From positions 13,022,001 through 13,086,000 of the forward strand of contig OZ076409.1 in NCBI GenBank assembly GCA_964187785.1: 64,000 bases of DNA, read 5' to 3'. A model generated the notes under the pieces. The model did no database searches. It saw nothing but the letters and a program-made list of their open reading frames with translations, and was not told the DNA's origin. How positions within the stretch are numbered: position 1 is the first letter of the stretch; each line of letters opens with the position of its first letter. Below, piece by piece: positions 11,253 through 25,339 of the stretch. The stretch is from Amphiscolops sp. MND2022 (Eukaryota). The position numbers and the translations under genes are program-made.

Positions 11253-14200
11253 ATGCGTACTAAAAGAAAGCAGAAGAAAGCTAGTGAATCTAGAGAAACA
11301 GACATGTTATCTGATATCAAAAACCTTCACATAATATTGGGGGAAGTAACTTAGAGGGAAGAAAGAGCGAGTCTAGCAACTTTGGCAGAAGGCCTAATAG
11401 TCCGTGTTACGACACTTCAGTAACAGAGTATCCTACTGGACGAATCAGATCGCGAGCTACACTCAACCAACTTGCTCGTGATAACGATCTAATGGACACA
11501 GCATCAGCTGCAACTCACTATCTGCCCAGTCACTGCTAACATGATGACTTTCGTTAGCAAAAGTGAGAAATTTGAGCTGCTCGAGGACTTATTCCACACG
11601 ATAATCAAGATATAGTCAGAAATGTCTGAACAAATGAAGATCAATCATTTTTACTCACCTCTTACGAAGGGAGCATTTCAGACCTTTAGAATTATCAACA
11701 TGGTCAATAGACAGACTCTTGAAGACGTATTAGTCTTTTTCGGGCGCAAATATTTCAAACCTGAATCTCAAGCGACAGCCAAACATGAATGGCACCGTTT
11801 GGTCTTCGATCCTAACACGATGAAGCTACCAGACTTCCTCGAAGCGTTAAACCAAGGGGCAGAAAAGGCATTCGCAGACAACGCTCAAAACATGATTGAC
11901 AGCCTCGTCTACTCAAAACTGCCGCCAAAACGAAAAAGATCAGTCAATTTGGCCAAATTGGTTCTTACAACGAAATGGTTGCCCATCTTGAGAGGGAACT
12001 AGAGCTTACCGCCCTCCAGGAATCAAACGATTTGCCAATGGCCTGCTATCCGATACCGTCTGCAATTGTTCCAAAGAAAAAGGCCGTATGCTAAAAGACT
12101 GTGAAGAACATAAGAAAGAAAGAAAAACGGAAGAAATACAAGATGCCCAAAAAGGCAAACCAACTCAGAATAAAACATAACCCACATGTGGGACTCGTGG
12201 CAAGACAAACTACCATGAGGAACAACGTTGGCAATGCGCGAGTGCACATCTCAAGCCTAAACGCAATAGGCCTGAAGACTCATCGGAAAACAATCCGTAT
12301 TCAAAAGCGCAAAAATCACTGTATATCTCCACATCGTCCAATTCCCAGTCCTCATCAAAAAACGACGATCCAAAAATTTAACTTCGCCACGACTCCATCA
12401 CAACCAACCATCTAAGATCAGCCCGACAATACTTCTGGTCTGACCCTCCAACAAAACCCTTCCACGAATACCAACAACAAGTGACGGGGTAAAGCTTTGT
12501 TGTCTAGCAGCAACAGATGAGAAAGCAACTCTCATGACATATAACAACACCCATTTGTTCCAAAAACCATTTCCTGTTTGGGACCTTGTCTACACTACAA
12601 CCTTCAATACCCGATTCAATCCCATTCCCCTCATTGATGACTACAATCCAACATACATCAATCCAGACTATGGCAGAGATCCCTATTGGGACACTGCGAC
12701 TTACCATCAAGATCTGCAATTCCAACACGTCCTAGATGATATTGACATCTACCAACAAACGGTGCACGAAAATCTTCCAAAACCTCACAAAAAGAAACCC
12801 ATAGCACTTATTGTTCTTAAAAACTGGCAAATAAACGATGGGACCACCCATCCATTGTTCCTAAACCCCTTGGGGACCGAGAATACCGGAACTAATGCTG
12901 AGCCGACGCCTCAGTCGCTATTGGATGAAAAACAGTGCCAGAACGTACTTATCAACAAAGAAGGTGAGCCCGACTGTATACCACTCTCTACCAATTTCAA
13001 CCTCAAATGCAATAAACGCATGCTGAACTTCCCAGTGGACTTTGGGGAGTTGACCATTGACGGCCTAATTGACACTGGGGCATTATTCAGTGCAATTTCT
13101 GAAATGGACCTGCGGAAAATCCGAGACTCTCCACAATCCGTTATCCGGGAAGGTCCGCCTCCAAATTTTCAAATAATGGTCGCCAATGGACCACTAGAAT
13201 CTCCTAAGCGTACAATGGAACTGAAATTGTAGGTTGGTGATATTGAGTTCCTCGAAATTTTCATAATACTGAAGAACCCGAAGGCACCTATAATTGGCCT
13301 ATTGTCCGTTCAGAGAAACCATACAATTTTAAACATGAGACAAGGCACTTTGAACTTCCCATTCTTTTCGATGCAGCTTGAAACGGCTGATCAACCATAC
13401 TCTAATGTCCTTGAGCCAATATTAAATCCAAATGAAATCACATTTCCGCCGAACGATAGAGTCCTAATCAGGACAGATTCCCTACTCTATCCTGAGAATG
13501 CAGTCACAGGATCCTCCAGCCAAGTGACCTTCTACACGAAAAAGGGGACATCACATTTTGCACAACACTGGTCACATTGAGCGATGGCAACATCCAAAGA
13601 CCAGTGAATAACTTCACAGAGACCCCTATAAATTTAAGAAAGGACTGCATATTCCTACTTTTTTGTCATGAACTGATAAAATATGTCTAAGCAGTTGACC
13701 CAGTGTCAACTTGGCATGTATTACAAAAAGACCAGGAGCATGCAGCCCATTATGTCAGCAGTCTCATCAAGACAAACGAGGATCCAAAAAACTCTGAATT
13801 TTTTTGGCTTCCTACTCCAGAGACTCCTGGAAACCCAGACGAACACACGCCTATACAGAAAAGAATCGTACGGGAATTGCAGACCCTACAAGACTTGGAG
13901 ACCGTTGATCCTACAAAGGGAGCAGAATCCAAGGAAAATTCCTAGACATTTTTGATTGGATAGATTCCCTTCTCGCGCCTGATGAAATGGCGAAAATAGA
14001 AGAACAATTAGTGGATTTCCACTATTTAGCGACATCGAAATGAATGAGGAATTCAAGATGCAATTGACACCTAAAATGATTCCTCAGCTTACAGCCAAAG
14101 TCTTCCAGCAGCAATCAACCTGAAGGAAGACATACTTGTAGAAGTAGCATTGTTACACAATATGGCATCATTACTACTTTACAATTCTCGAAATATGCCA

Positions 14201-17200
14201 GTCCAATATTCGCACAAAAAATTGGAGTGGGAAACTCCGACTATTGGTTGACTTGAGACAAATCAACAACCTAATATCGGACGATTAGATAAATATTAAT
14301 CACGCTGTTAGTACCCTAATCGACGCTGTCCAACATATGGCAGGGAAAAAACTTCTCTGTAACTTGGACTGCTCCCAAAAATGTCACTGCCTACGGATGG
14401 CCGACCAACGCTCAATCGAGATGTTGGTATTCAACTTTGCTAGCCGCACATTTGCATATTAAATGAGGCAGGCTTTAAATTTACAATGCACAAATGTCAT
14501 TTTGGTGCTACAGAACTTGATTTCCTCGGACGAAGTTTTACCCCTATAGGTATAAACCCCAGAAAAAAATGTTCAGAACTTTCTCGGAAAGAGCAAATTC
14601 CCCAAGTCGAAAAAGGCTTTACAACGTTGTTTGGTATTCTTGAAATATTACAAAACTTATATCCCAAGACTCTCTGAACGCCTCGCTTCATTCTACAAGA
14701 TGCTCAAAAGCGACGAAAAGTCCCTAGTATCGAAAGAATTGGTTCAACAAATTGAGGAAACCAACAAAGTACTTGACAAATGTTGCGACCTAGCTCAACA
14801 GCAGCGTCTTCCTAACAAACAAATCGCCATAATGACAGACGCGAGGATCGCTGCTGCTGGATTTGCAGTCCTAATAGAAGACGACCCCCTAGTCAGAAAT
14901 TTACCTTACTCCGCAAGTCATACGCATCGGTTCCCTACGGTTCAAAAACCTTTACCCCAGCCCAAATCAAGATGTCCATTTATGCAATTGCGAACTTCTT
15001 GCGATATACTTCGCATTAAGAAAAATTGGGCATGTTTTCTGGGGAGCACCGATACCGCTCATTATCCTGACTGACAACAAAGCTGTGACACGATTCTTTC
15101 ATACAACGATCGTACCCGCATCCCAGTGGAACGCTTGCAACTATGTCATACAGTAGCTCACATCACAGGAGCACAAAACATATATCCCGTCTCGCAGCGG
15201 ATCCAGAAGACAAACTAGTCATGGAAGTCCGTGAAGACGTGCAACTTTTACCAATTGAAATCCATGTTCAATCAGCAGGATTGTCCCAAGAAGAACAAAT
15301 CTTCTATACAAGGGACGACGACGGAACTGAAGAACAATACAAAGTGAGAAATGAAGCAATTCGTCGAAGTCCCGCCACTGAAGAAATAACCATAACACTT
15401 CAGTCAGTTTCTACTAACTTGATAAAACAGCAACCTGAGATACAAGTCCGATTAAGGAAATCACTTCGGATAAACATCGAGCAATCTAAAGATGCAGTAT
15501 TACAGCAATTAAAGGCCAAACTCCTCCATGAAGAATTCTCAGAAAACATACTGCATCAAGATCCCCGATATCGCCACTACATTAACTACATAGAACCAAT
15601 CGTAGTAAAGCAAGATATGCTAACTCGGCAGTACTTTGATGAAACGGGGAATGTGAAATACCATCAAATACTCCTCCCGCAACACTTACTTCAGGAATTA
15701 CTTGAGACCCTTCATGGGACGGCCCATAGGCACCCTGGTATATCGAAAATGTTACATAAGATAACACAATCATTACTAGCCTAGAGGGGCAAAATATGTT
15801 TAAAAGTCTGTAGAGAGCGGCTAACAATGCGGAAATGACAAAAGACTCCTTAATGCAATAATCACACCTGAACTATTCAACTTCCCGGAATGGGACCACG
15901 GACACGAAGACGCTATGCAAATCGACCGATTACCGAATCTTCCCCCAAGTGGAGGATATAAAATTGTCTTCCCCGCAATTGATGTCTTTTCACGATATCT
16001 ATTCGCTTATCCTCTCACGGATGCATCAGCAACCAAGGTAGCAAAAGTTATTATTGACATTCATAAGTTATAACCTAACTTGCATACTTGCCAACAACGC
16101 TCAATACAGACGAAGGAACTGCGTTCACTTCCACAATTATTGCGAAAATTGCACAAATTTAGGGAATTACACTGAAATGTGCAACGACCATGCATCCACA
16201 GACGATCAGGAAGCTGGTGCGAGCACATGCATCACTCAAGACGAACTTCAAGATGGCATTTGGGGATTATCGCGGACAAGGGCATGAATATTTGCAACTT
16301 GCAGTTCTGAATCACAGTACACTTATCATGCAAGTTTTGGCTCTGAACCAACAAGAGTATTCCACGGACGAGTCCCATACAAAATCTTGAATAAAAAATT
16401 TGAAAGTAATCCAAACCAGCAGATTACTCTTAGTAGACAAAACATAGCAAAATATCATGCACTCTTATCTCAAGTACAATGAGTATTACGAGTGAAATGC
16501 AAAAGCAGCTCCACCCAAAACGAATGATTATTGTTAGTCGGCGTTTTCGAAGAAAATCCTGACTCTTACAGTGGCTAGTTTTTTTTGTCAGTTCAACGCG
16601 TACGTCCACTTTTTGTGCAATAATCCAATTAATACACATTTACCAACTTTTACCATATGTACTTAGTACTTCATTTTCGACGCATCCAAAGCGTCAAACA
16701 TGAGATAAAAAGCGTCCCCCTTTTACATTTTTCGGCACTATGCGACTTACCGGAAACTTCGAAAAAGAAATTCAAAAAATTTTTTCTTCTCATTTTTCAG
16801 TTTTTTGAGAGCTTTTGTTGTTTTTTCTTAAAAGGGTCCCCAATTCACCAATACTTTGACATTTTGAAGTCCTTCTGCTATTTTTGAGCCTTAGATATGG
16901 CGCCGACTTGGGCCGTTCCCGGCTTGTTTTGTATTACCACCCGAAGCTGATCACCAAGGGTCGAAAATCTCGTATTGGGATTACCGTTGAGTTAGTCCCT
17001 CTACAGTGTAAAAGGTTTTACCTAATGAAACCTGATTAGTACGCCGGCTCAATATAAATAAAACTCAAACATTGCACCGTATTCGACTCAAAAAAATTGT
17101 TCCCAGTCAACCGCTTCAAGAAAGCTATAGAGGAAAAAGTTTACAGCCGGATGAGGAAATCGTCATTCCGCAAGATGATCTTTATACAATACCGTGGGAA

Positions 17201-17667
17201 ACAAACTTTGGTGACCAGTTAGAAACAAGACGCAATGAGCCTATTCCGACTAACTTGCCGAACGGCGAATAGCTAGTTACGTCAAGCGACGATCCAAGTG
17301 ACGCAGACGAGAATGGAGGTGATTTTGTAACAACACGAGATGTAGTGTAAGAATATTTGATGACGTCAACAAAAGAAATGGAGGTAGTGAATGCGTGAGA
17401 AATGAAACTTCTGATTGGCCGGATTCGGCCGTTTACCCCAAAAAATCTTTGCCTGATTGGTCCAAAGAACAGAAAAACGAGGCAAACTTTACGGAAGAAA
17501 ATTCTCCTTATCAAAACGATGCACAAGATTCTCCAAACAAGCGGATGATATTATCGTTCCCGAAAATCTCGAGTTGACGACAGAAATGAAGGTTTAAACC
17601 CTAGAGGTGGGAAAAAAACCTCGGACCTTATCCCAACCCAAACTATTCAGAAGACTTCAGATACTGA
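11253..17667 (+). mobile_element. Degenerate Ty3/Gypsy LTR retrotransposon gag-pol
   Basis: Fragments in Gypsy order: gag (~11600-12200), protease LIDTGA (~13070), RT remnants (KLRLLVDLR, LDCSQ, ~14230-14400), RNase H (MTDA, LTDNK), integrase (LHG.AH.HPGI, IDVFSRY). Ends PNPNYSEDFRY*. LTRs not found. Confidence 0.85.
16536..16928 (+). mobile_element. Non-autonomous Helentron/DINE-1-like element inserted in the Gypsy integrase
   Basis: 5' AGTCGGCG with adjacent partial inverted copy; 3' CGCCGACT + GCCG..CGGC hairpin + CTTGTT. Removal restores NDYCFVL (tattgtt|ttgtatta); TT target with no TSD. Confidence 0.75.
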
Positions 17668-17937
17668 AAAAAATTGAATTGCGCCCAGAAATGAGCGTTA
17701 TCTTTTCTCTAATCTTTTTAGTTTTGTTTTTTGTTCCCATGGCAACATTTTCTGAATATATATTGGGACGTTCGAACAAGGGTCCGTTTCAGACAAATAA
17801 ATACAGGGATCAATATCAACAACCGAGGGCATAAATACGATAAACAAAATGGGGATACAATTAAGAAAGAATGTACAAAGTTTGAAAAAGATTAACAACG
17901 TTTTCAATCTGAATGTACATAATTACGTTTAGAATCC

Positions 17938-18855
17938 TCAAGATTTAGAAGGGCTTGACGTAGAATCTCCGACCACAGAAGAAGTGGCCGACCGGGATGC
18001 ACTCTTCTCCATCTTTCTCCGCTTGCTACTACTAGGAGGCTTTATAGCAGACTCGTCAACGACAGAACCTGAATCTCCTGCCTCGACACGAACTGGAGCC
18101 TTCTTTGGGCCAGATAGAGCGACTCGGTACGAAGTCAATAGAGACTTATAGATTTTGGAACGGCCAAAAGTATCAACATAGGTCCAGGGGTCGTAATCTG
18201 GAGAGAAGGCGGACAGACCAAAAGAGGTAGATAGAAGAGAGAGTTTGTCCAGACTGACGTTGTCACAGCAGAAGGCCACAGAGTCACATACGTTAGCCAT
18301 GTAACTCATACCAGGCAGTGTCCGGCAGTGGTGTCCGACAGTGGTGATACTCCCGAAGGTAACATCGGGGTGGGCAGTACTGATATTGGTGATGCACAAC
18401 AACACAGCTGGAAGAGATAAAGAAGGTGCGCACAACCCTGAAGGAACTCGAGCCCTATTAGGAACTCAATCAAATCGCTGAAGATAATCCCTTTACCATG
18501 GTTGTAGTCAGTCCAGTTCGTTGGACAACTTCGCCAAGAAAGTAGTGAAAGTGATGCTGGCTGTCATGAATATATGCGGTCCTGACAGTCTCTGTAGTTG
18601 CCTGGATGGCTACCCGCTTGGATTTGTTTTACCAAAGTGCAGTCCCTCGGCCTTTGTTTACTTGCTGCTGCTACCTTGCTGGTCATTTTGAATAGAATGA
18701 GGTACTCGTCCCCGGTATAAACGTACACTCAATTGTTCGGAAACGGAGAAACAGATACCAGGCGTTCTCCACCGGGGCTGTGTCGGGGGAATATCAGCGA
18801 GAACAGAGCTGGTACACAAACCAGCTGACCCCACCGCAGAGATAGAACGAGGCAT
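17938..18855 (-). pseudogene. Frameshifted antisense ORF (~300 codons) of unknown function downstream of Gypsy pol
   Basis: ORF pieces 18658-18858 and 17938-18435 on the same strand, within a GC-richer block; Ser/Lys-rich C-terminus (SKRRK). Confidence 0.4.
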
Positions 18856-19624
18856 CACGCCTGTGCTGCAGAATCACAGCGAAGCTGGTCACGTCTAGAA
18901 ACACAAACCCATGTCCGAATAGAGACAGTGTCGAAATGCCTATACCCTGGTGGAATATACTTACTTATATTTTGCCTCATATCCAAGCTACATTAAATCC
19001 GGACGGCGACAGATGCCCGAAAGAAGGTGGAAGTTTCCGGTTAGAGGACAGGGGTAGACATCTGAAGAAGCCTTAAAACATAGATTTAGAAGCAATCCTA
19101 GAGATGAGATTCTTAGGTTTTCCAAACAGGAACGAAGACCTAGAGATAACTCGCAAAAAGTTCCAAAATGTTTTCCTTTTGATTAAATTTACGTACGATT
19201 TAATCCGCGTTCACTGCAAGGCTCCTTACAGATTATGCATTTCTACGAAGTCCCATATTAGATAGTGTTTCTCGAGAAACGTTACAAAACTGTGAAACAC
19301 GAGTTTCAAAAGTGCTCAATGACAACATTTCGGAAGTTCCGCTGGTTTTGTCGGGTGAATTGATTTCTCTAGTGATGTCATCAGCATCATTGTTAGCACT
19401 TCTAGTTCTTTCACTTCGGCCTACGGCGCGAGTAAATTTCTAAAAAAAATTTCACGGAAGTTTTTTGTTTTCCAATATTCCTCGCTCACAAGATCGCTTC
19501 AGATTTGGTTGGCCGAGAGAAATGGACCCAACTGTTGTTCTTCTATATTGCTCAAACTTGTAATGCTAGATGGATGAAAAACTATCAAGAACTATCAAAC
19601 CACAAAATACGATTGCCAGTAATT

Positions 19625-20200
19625 TTCTGGGCCTGAAGCTTGATGATCAGCAGCAAAGGGTTTCAATTGGTGTGGCGCTCGTCAAGGTAACGTTAGTTCG
19701 CAGTTCTTGAAGGTCGTTCCTTGTAAAAACTTGAGCCTGAAGCTTGATGATCAACAGCTAAGGATTTCTTTTGGTCTATGCCTTGGAGCAAACATTTCTG
19801 TAACCCACACATTCCACAGTCCACAGTTGTCAAAAGTCGAAAGGAACAGTTTACACGGTCTTTCTTGCAACACAATTGCGAGTCGCTTCACACGTCATGC
19901 TAATTTTGAGTCACTCATAGGGCAGAGGTTATGATCTCTGGACTTGCCTTCAATGCTGGAACACCGTAGTCTGTGGTGAACTGACAACATCGCCCAGACG
20001 GTTTTCCCATGGCTACTTGGGAAATGGATAAACTGTTGCTACGGAATTTAATGGTTTTTGATGCCCTTGCACCCAGTCTCCTGAATTAAGCCCTCTGGGG
20101 TAACCGTGGAACAACCGCCACTGATGCAGAATCACGGAAAGCTGAGAAGGATAAAGAATTGATTGGCATTGGATGCCTCTTTCAGCTGGTGGCATTGAAG
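19625..20200 (+). mobile_element. Remnant of CRE-like non-LTR retrotransposon (C-terminal Zn-knuckle/restriction-like endonuclease region)
   Basis: LKLDDQQLRISFGLCLGA...LHGLSC...RFTRHA followed by RPDG (cgcccagacggt, 19992-20003). Confidence 0.6.
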
Positions 20201-21253
20201 AACAGGGTTCCTCAGTTTAAAATATTGTTTAGTTGAACGTATTGAAAGTATTGAAAAGTCATGAAGGAGCGCGTTGTTGCTGGCACGCGTCTGTGAATTG
20301 CCTGGTTATTGGCTGGAAGATTAGCGAGCCAGTATCTTCTCAAAACAAAGTACCGTAACAAAACAAAGTAACTATAATAGTTTTGTTTGTTTTGACTGGA
20401 TTGCGTCTTTGCTCTTCAACGATCAGCATGGGTAATGTTTTTTTGTTGCTTCTGTTCTGTCGGTTTACATTTGACGTTTGTTTTGTTTCCTTTTATTTGC
20501 AGACCACGGGTGTGTGCCATTCCCCCTACATGATGACCTACATGGCAGGAGATTTTTGTTGACAGTCTATGGCATCATAAAGACACCAAAAGTTTTCGAT
20601 GTTCTAACAAATAAACGGAATCAAACAATACATTTACCTTCATGCAATCGACTTTAGTATTATCCACGTAAACGTGTTCAGTCTAAAATCTCAATTACCA
20701 AAAATGTCCACTAGTAAAGCTTTCAATTCCAGACTGATTCATGAAAAACTTCAATATTTTTACTTAGCAGAAAAGCCGCAAAACTGATAACTCCAGGCTT
20801 TGGCAGTTGAATAAAAGAACAAATCTATGCTTTTGTGGCAAGAACCAAACTTTTTTGTCAACTAGCTCCTCCACAGTAGGACCGAAGGCGATCAATATGT
20901 ATGAATACCGTCTTTGAATACAGTACTCAGCTTGAAAGTTTTTTCCGTAATGAATTCGCAGTCTGTTTTCCCGGCGGTTTATACTCGGGGGCGCCTTGTT
21001 TTTTTTGAAAAAAGCGAAGCGACAGCCAATCAATGCAACACCAATGATTCGATTTTAGATACCATGCAAGGTGAAGCTTCTCAAGCTAGTAGTGGTATTT
21101 TAGCTGTGTTGCCTTTGATCGACGACTTCATAACTTTTCCCGCGCTAACAGTTTATTGAGTAGGCGGAGGAAAGTCACCATCTATGTAGCGTTTTTTTTC
21201 CAAATTATGACAAATTGCCACTTCATTACTCCATTCAACATGTGGATAATTCA

Positions 21254-21316
21254 GTCACCGTTGCACAGTTGGTAGTGTGTCCGCCTCGCAGACGAGCTTA
21301 TCGCGGGTTCTAATCG
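21254..21316 (+). other. tRNA-derived sequence (SINE head or tRNA pseudogene)
   Basis: A-box-like TTGCACAGTTGG and B-box-like GGTTCTAATC at tRNA spacing; no 3' acceptor stem. Confidence 0.4.
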
Positions 21317-21459
21317 GGGGCGGCCTTTATTCGGGAGCGACTTCTATTCGAAGAACTACGGTATAGTACGTTTGTTGAAAGCATCTTCGTAGAATTTAAC
21401 ATTACTTTAGATAGAAAAAATGATATCGGTAACTTTTTCCGATACTTTCAAAAACTCTA

Positions 21460-22290
21460 TAGGTGTCACAGAAGGTAGCGTCATCTCGCCTTTCCTCTTC
21501 ATCTTAAAAATAAAGGGTTTTTCTCTTCAAACTCGATGTGTTTCGAGTTCGCTGATGACAGCATAACTTTGGTATCTGGTATTCATGAAGATCTCGAAGC
21601 GGGGGTAAACACCATTTACTGTGACGTTGAAACCTGGTGTAGCTACAAGCGAATGGTTGTTGATGGCTAAAATTCAAATTAGTTCTCTTCAGTTGCAAAC
21701 AGAGCGTTGTTGTTTCCCCGAAGGGAAACTGTTACCCGCAGACTTTTGACCAGCTCCAACCGGGTTGATAGTTTTATCATGTCATAATTCTGATAACCGA
21801 TCCATATTGAAATACAACTGATGGACAACTTGCGAACATCACAAAAAGGTTTCTTGAACGTTCTATAGGTAGATACGCCAGACACTTTGCCGAAACACGA
21901 AGTGAAATTAGACATGTTATCAAAAGCAACATATCAAAAGTCACAGACATATCATCACAGCAATTTTTTCAATTTTTTGTTGATTCAAAGGTGGAATGAA
22001 CCTTTGAATTCATGCTTTTTGAAAAGTTTCCATATCGAATCGTCCAACAATTACATTGGCTTCTTGGATAAGGGTGACCAACTTAAGCTAATGAAATCTG
22101 TAAAATTTATTTGGAAACTACCTCAGATATTACGGAACTATGTGCAAATTGAGTAAAGATCTTTACTTTGGTGAATGCGGCAATGCCGAAGTTTTTCAAC
22201 TATCGAACCTAGTGCATTATCAGACACAAAACGTTTCAGACATTAAACTTGACGAGGTTTGAAGACTGCCATACCTCGTCAAAAACGTAC
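21460..22290 (+). mobile_element. Highly degenerate LINE RT fragment
   Basis: GSVISPFLFI (~21474-21503) and FEFADD (~21542-21560) motifs. Confidence 0.55.
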
Positions 22291-22348
22291 AAAACAAAAT
22301 TTGACAAAACAGCATTTGGATTCCTAGACTCTGGAGAAAGGATTAAAT

Positions 22349-22549
22349 TTGAACTTATATCTTCAACTAACAGTCAACTTGCTCAACCAACACAATTCCT
22401 TTGCGCCGGAATTCAGTAGATCGACTCTCAGAACACTACTACAGATTGTGGCCACAGACGTCGTGCTCTACATTCACCGGGGTCCTTTCAAACAGGTGGA
22501 CAGTGTCGCAATGAGGAGTCCCGTTGGTTCTTCACTATCTAGTTGTTAG
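22349..22549 (+). mobile_element. Penelope-like element RT fragment
   Basis: FKQVDSVAMRSPVG resembles the Penelope-type Y.Q.DGVAMGSP.G motif. Confidence 0.55.
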
Positions 22550-22559
22550 ATGAGGAACT

Positions 22560-25074
22560 AGTTCAGTTAACTTGACAGCAAATAACTGCAGCGTCATTGA
22601 ACTTTGCATCTGTTATGGGCCTCTTTTTGATAGATGTAACCGCACTCTGTCTACGGATGAATATGCAGAGCTGCCCAGCGGTGCTCCATTGAGGGGTCAT
22701 GTTCCTGTTATTATGAGATTGGATTGTGGAACCAACACTGAGAAAACCTAGAAATTCTGGATTGAAAAAGATGATTGGGCAAATTGAATTTCTTTTATTG
22801 AGGGCCGAATAGATGATCTCATGGTTGGTGATGACGGCCCTGTTTTCCGATGGAACGAGTTCAAGAGTCTGCTTCTTGAAGCTTCAAAAGTTCACATCCC
22901 CAAAAGTGTTTCTAAGTCATGACAAACCATTTTGGAACACAGACTTGACAGACGCAAGCAAGGAGCTTGGATTATTACGAATAAAAGTGAAGTACAAATC
23001 AAATGTTGAGAACGGACAAAAGCTGAAGGCAGCAAAGGAACGATTCTAAATTCTACTCAACAAAAGCGAGCGTATCTCAATGGATGGAAAATTTTCTTCC
23101 ATCGCTTGGGCATAAAAGAGGAAGATAGTTTAGAGCTTTTTACAACACATTACTCAACACTAAACATGAAGAAGTTGGGCTAAAACGCAGTAAGGAGTGA
23201 TGGCTCTTCTATGCTCAAGAGAAAAATAGCAAAGAGTTTGAAACCATGTTCTTCGATGATTCAGAACATGAAAATGAAAACTTTCAAGAAGAAGGTACTA
23301 TCGATGAATTGAAAAACGCAGCTTTGAAATCAAGCAACACTACATTGTTCGATGTGACAATGATCAAGGTTTTGGACGACAAAGCATTGTTTTCTGCTGA
23401 CTAATTTCATTGCTTGCTGGGATTATCACATGTTGCCATGGACGGATTTACAGGCCGTCATTCGCAAACCAAACAAAGAGAGTTATGATGATTGCTCTTC
23501 ATATCGACCACTATCAATCTCCAGCCATTTCGGTAAAAGATTTTGGGAAGAACTTGCAATTAGAATCATATTACTTGTCGATGTGAATCGACTAGTTGGG
23601 TTGGGGACGACAAGGAGGGCTTCAGGTCAAAAAGAAACACCACTAGACCTTTTCAGTGGCTACACCTTACAGTAAAAAAGACAAACGTTCACGTTTGCCA
23701 ACAGCGCTGCTAGAAATTGACCTCGAAAGGGCTTTTGATAGCGAGTGGGTGGACGGTCTTCTCTTTAAACTGATAGAACACAAACTTTCAGAAAAAAATA
23801 TATCGGATAATTAAATCGTTTCTAAAAAGCCAATTTGCATCATCCAAATGATTGGATACCAAATTCCGAAGTTCCAGGTTCCTATCGGCGTTTTACTAGG
23901 AAATGTGTTTTCGTCATTGCTCTTCATCATCTTCCTAAACGACTTTCTCAGTGAAAAAGCAAAAATTTCAAGTTTGCTGACTGAGATTCTGACCTTGTAA
24001 CCGGCAAAAACTCGTCAAATTTATCAGCCATCATTCTTAAAACTCGAGAAGTGGTGTGTAAGAAAGAAGAAAGAAATAAAACCGAGTTCATCATGTTCAA
24101 TTGCAAAGAAAAAGACTTCGAGCTCCCGTCCCTCAACGGTGATAGTCAAGTTACAAAAAAACAACAAAACATCTGGAGTATTTATCGACAATAAGCTCAA
24201 CTACCGGGGTCATTCTTTTAAAACAATTGAGAAAGCAAAACGAAATTGTTCAATACTGAAGTCGTTATGCAGTAAAAAAAGGGGCTTTATTGTTTCAACA
24301 CTAGTTCTGCTGCACAAAACCACGATCTTTCCTTCGCACATTTATGCAAGACCGATATGACATGAGAAAAACATCGACGACCTCACAGCAGTACAGACTA
24401 ATTCCCTAAGGACAGCCTTTAGACACGGATTTTCGCCGAATATCGACTCTTGTCAGGTTGTGCTGTGAACGCCGCCTCTAGATCTTCTGAGTATAGCCAT
24501 CACTGTCAAAACTTTTTCGAAGCTCAAACTAGGGTTTATTGGACAATTATTTGATCTTCATCATTTTCGGACAGTGTTGCAAATCTCCTAAATCTCCTTG
24601 AGAGTCCTGTTACGCGATTCGAAATATTCTCGAGAAATCACAGTTGTACGAGATACAAACAACAGCAAATCAGACATTCCATCAATCGTTTGTGTAACCT
24701 TGGTTGGAAAGATAATGACAACATGACATTTTTGAAGTGCTGTACCACAACTCCATCAACTTAAAACACTTTATCGTCCCTTTTCAACCACCAAAAAGGT
24801 TTGAAGCTTTCAAAATTTGTGAAGTGCCTATTGACAATTTTTTCGCACTAGCCACATACGTTTGAAAAAACTGGCGGACTGGGCTTCTAATTGTCATGGA
24901 AAAAGTGAGGAGACAGCTGAACATTTTTCTCTGGCTTGTGATCTAAACAACGACATCGGACCTGAAGACATAGAATCATCAAGTCTTCTAGACCTCGGAG
25001 ACTGCGACACTTTTGTTGACTATATCTCACGTGTATATAGAACCTGCACAACTCCTAAATTGCGATTAAAGTAA
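22560..25074 (+). mobile_element. Degenerate LINE ORF2 (same family as 1-1330)
   Basis: KPNKESYDDCSSYRPLSISSHFGK, DLERAFDS, KFAD*D and C-terminal ETAEHFSLAC. Confidence 0.85.
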
Positions 25075-25339
25075 CTCATATGTTTTAGGCAGGTGGTATC
25101 AGTTCGGTGTAAATAAAACAAAAGTTGAATGTCGGTTAGTCATTGCCTCGGAGATTCTGCGTCTTTAGTTGTAGAGAACTGTCCTAAAAATGACGTCATT
25201 TGAGCTCTACTTTCGAAACGTCCTAAATCTGTGATGAAACCTACTAGGCTCGTGGTCGAGACAAGTGACTAGACACTTTCTTTGGCCTGTTCGGGCGCAC
25301 GAAACTGCTCGTAAAGGGGGCGAAAAAAAATGAGTAGTG

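Noticed and set aside
21254..21316. Functional tRNA gene
   Set aside because: No 3' acceptor stem and an imperfect T-arm; kept only as tRNA-derived.
20906..21363. Possible TA-flanked CCGT...ACGG mariner-type MITE
   Set aside because: Inverted match too short and degenerate.
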